Shown here piece after piece: positions 58,521-64,000 of a stretch of 64,000 bases of DNA. The notes beneath the pieces are model-generated. The model made no database searches. It was given only the letters and a program-made list of their open reading frames with translations, and was not told where the DNA came from. This DNA comes from Lama guanicoe (Eukaryota): assembly GCA_013239625.1 (NCBI GenBank), contig MU054338.1, positions 4,874,724 through 4,938,723 of the forward strand. Direction: 5' to 3'. Numbering within the stretch: the first letter of the stretch is position 1; every line of letters starts with the position of its first letter. Position numbers and translations under genes: made by a program.

Positions 58521-59668
58521 CAAAGTCTTGCTTTCTTAAATCTCCCTAGAAGTACCTAAGACAAGCCCAAGTCTGATAGGTCAGTGGAGTAAACTCTCCC
58601 CACTGCAGTGAGTAAGAAGCCCTTTGTGTTCAACACATGTGTGTTCCTGGTGGAGCTGCGGCTGGCAGTGGGGAGCATGGATGTCTTTAAGGCTACCTTG
58701 GAGGTCTGTGAGCCCTGGGGTGGCATTAAGTGATGCAGTGTGACTCAGAGAGGTTGGCCTATCCTGTGGGAGGAGCATTAGGAAGCAGACGAGAAGGAAA
58801 ACCTGGGGAAATCATGACAATGGACACCAGTGGCCTCTTGCATCAAATCCTCACCACTGAAGTTGTTGCCATTGCCAACCCGATTCTCCAGATGACAAAA
58901 CTGAGACTGCAAGAAGTCAAGTTACTGGCCAGGCTCCCTCCAGCTCTCAGGAGGCAGGATCCCCTGGCCTTGCTCCTGATTTTCCTCCCAGCTGTTTCCA
59001 GAGTTGCTGGGGGACCATTGTGACAGCATTGTCTGGGGCAGCTCTTCGGGTCACAATGGGCAAAGCTGGACCACCACAGAACGCAGCATTGGATGGAATA
59101 TCTGAGCATTCTCTGAAAGACTGGAGGCAGAGGGAGTCTTGAGGGTCAGGCCTATGTAAAGCGCATTTTCTAAGGCTCAGTCCCCATGCCCCTTCTTGAG
59201 GTAGGTACCTACCCTCATCTCTGATGAAGCAACTGAAACTCACAGGAGCCCAATGACTTATTCCAAGGTGACCTGGCTAGTAATTTCACCTGTCAAATTT
59301 TCCTGTAACCTATTTGAAATCTTCTTGACTTTCGACTATTTCAGGTGATAAAAGGATTGAAAAAGCAACAAAATATACACTGAAAAACTGTGGTTTCGTT
59401 AAAACCCTTGGTGCACGTCTTCTAAAAAGATCGACATGAGCAAATAGCTGTGGGCTGAAGTGGTCTGGGAGGGCTTCCTGTAGGAGGTGAGCCTGAGTCA
59501 GGGAAGCAGGTGACATCTGAGGGTCTAGTCACTGAAGGGCAGAGAAGAGGGTGAGAGAGACACCTCAGCTCTGAACAAAGGCCAGAGAGTCCCAGTGGGT
59601 TAAGCGGGACGCTGGGAGCCCAGAGGAGTGGGAGGCGGGTAGACCTCAGACAGCTTGAGGACAGGTGA

Positions 59669-63572
<3,904 letters not shown>

Positions 63573-64000
63573 TGACCAGGTAACCCCTCCCCCAAGTCAG
63601 TGTAGCGTTATCTCAGGAAGATTATACCATCACTTCAGGCACAGAATTAGTGTCAATTCCGCTCAGGGTCACTCTAGGTCACCCCAGGCTCAGGGTCATC
63701 TTAATGTCATCCCAGCACCAGGTCATCTCCAGCTCAGCCGAAGGCTCATGTCAGGGTCAACTCATCAGCCACAGTTGAGGGTTAGGGCAAAGTCACCTAG
63801 GGTCATCCCAGCCCTGGGGTCATTCCAGGGACCCACCCGGGTTTCTCTCCAGCATCTCATCCAGCTCCTGGGTCAGCCCAATCTAGGGCCCCCTTTTGCC
63901 CCCCTCCCCAGGACCCAACCATCAGCCAAACTGGGCTGAGCCTCTCCCCACTCTCTGCTGTCCCCAGGGTGGAGCAGGGACTACAGGGTGGCCTGGGTGG

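Overview
Mammalian genomic DNA, probably camelid (inferred from tRNA-Ala-like SINEs of the Vic-1 type). It holds three spliced protein-coding genes in the order known from human chr19p13.2. ARHGEF18/p114RhoGEF (+) has 19 coding exons at 24462-42423 giving 1116 aa from MGNAHS, with a polyA signal at 44401. PEX11G (-) is complete, with 5 exons at 53257-46654 giving 239 aa. TEX45/SAXO5 (+) has 7 coding exons at 59840-63545 and continues past the window end. The first 24 kb is repeat-rich and probably a large intron of the long ARHGEF18 isoform. Most ORFs in the track are artefacts of GC-rich DNA. The strongest leads are a CCAAT/TATA internal promoter for a potentially myristoylated ARHGEF18 isoform, two candidate extra ARHGEF18 exons, a 20-bp minisatellite, an L1-like degenerate array, solo LTRs with target-site duplications (TSDs), and a cluster of nuclear-receptor half-sites. 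Gene and repeat names come from recall of homologues, not database searches.
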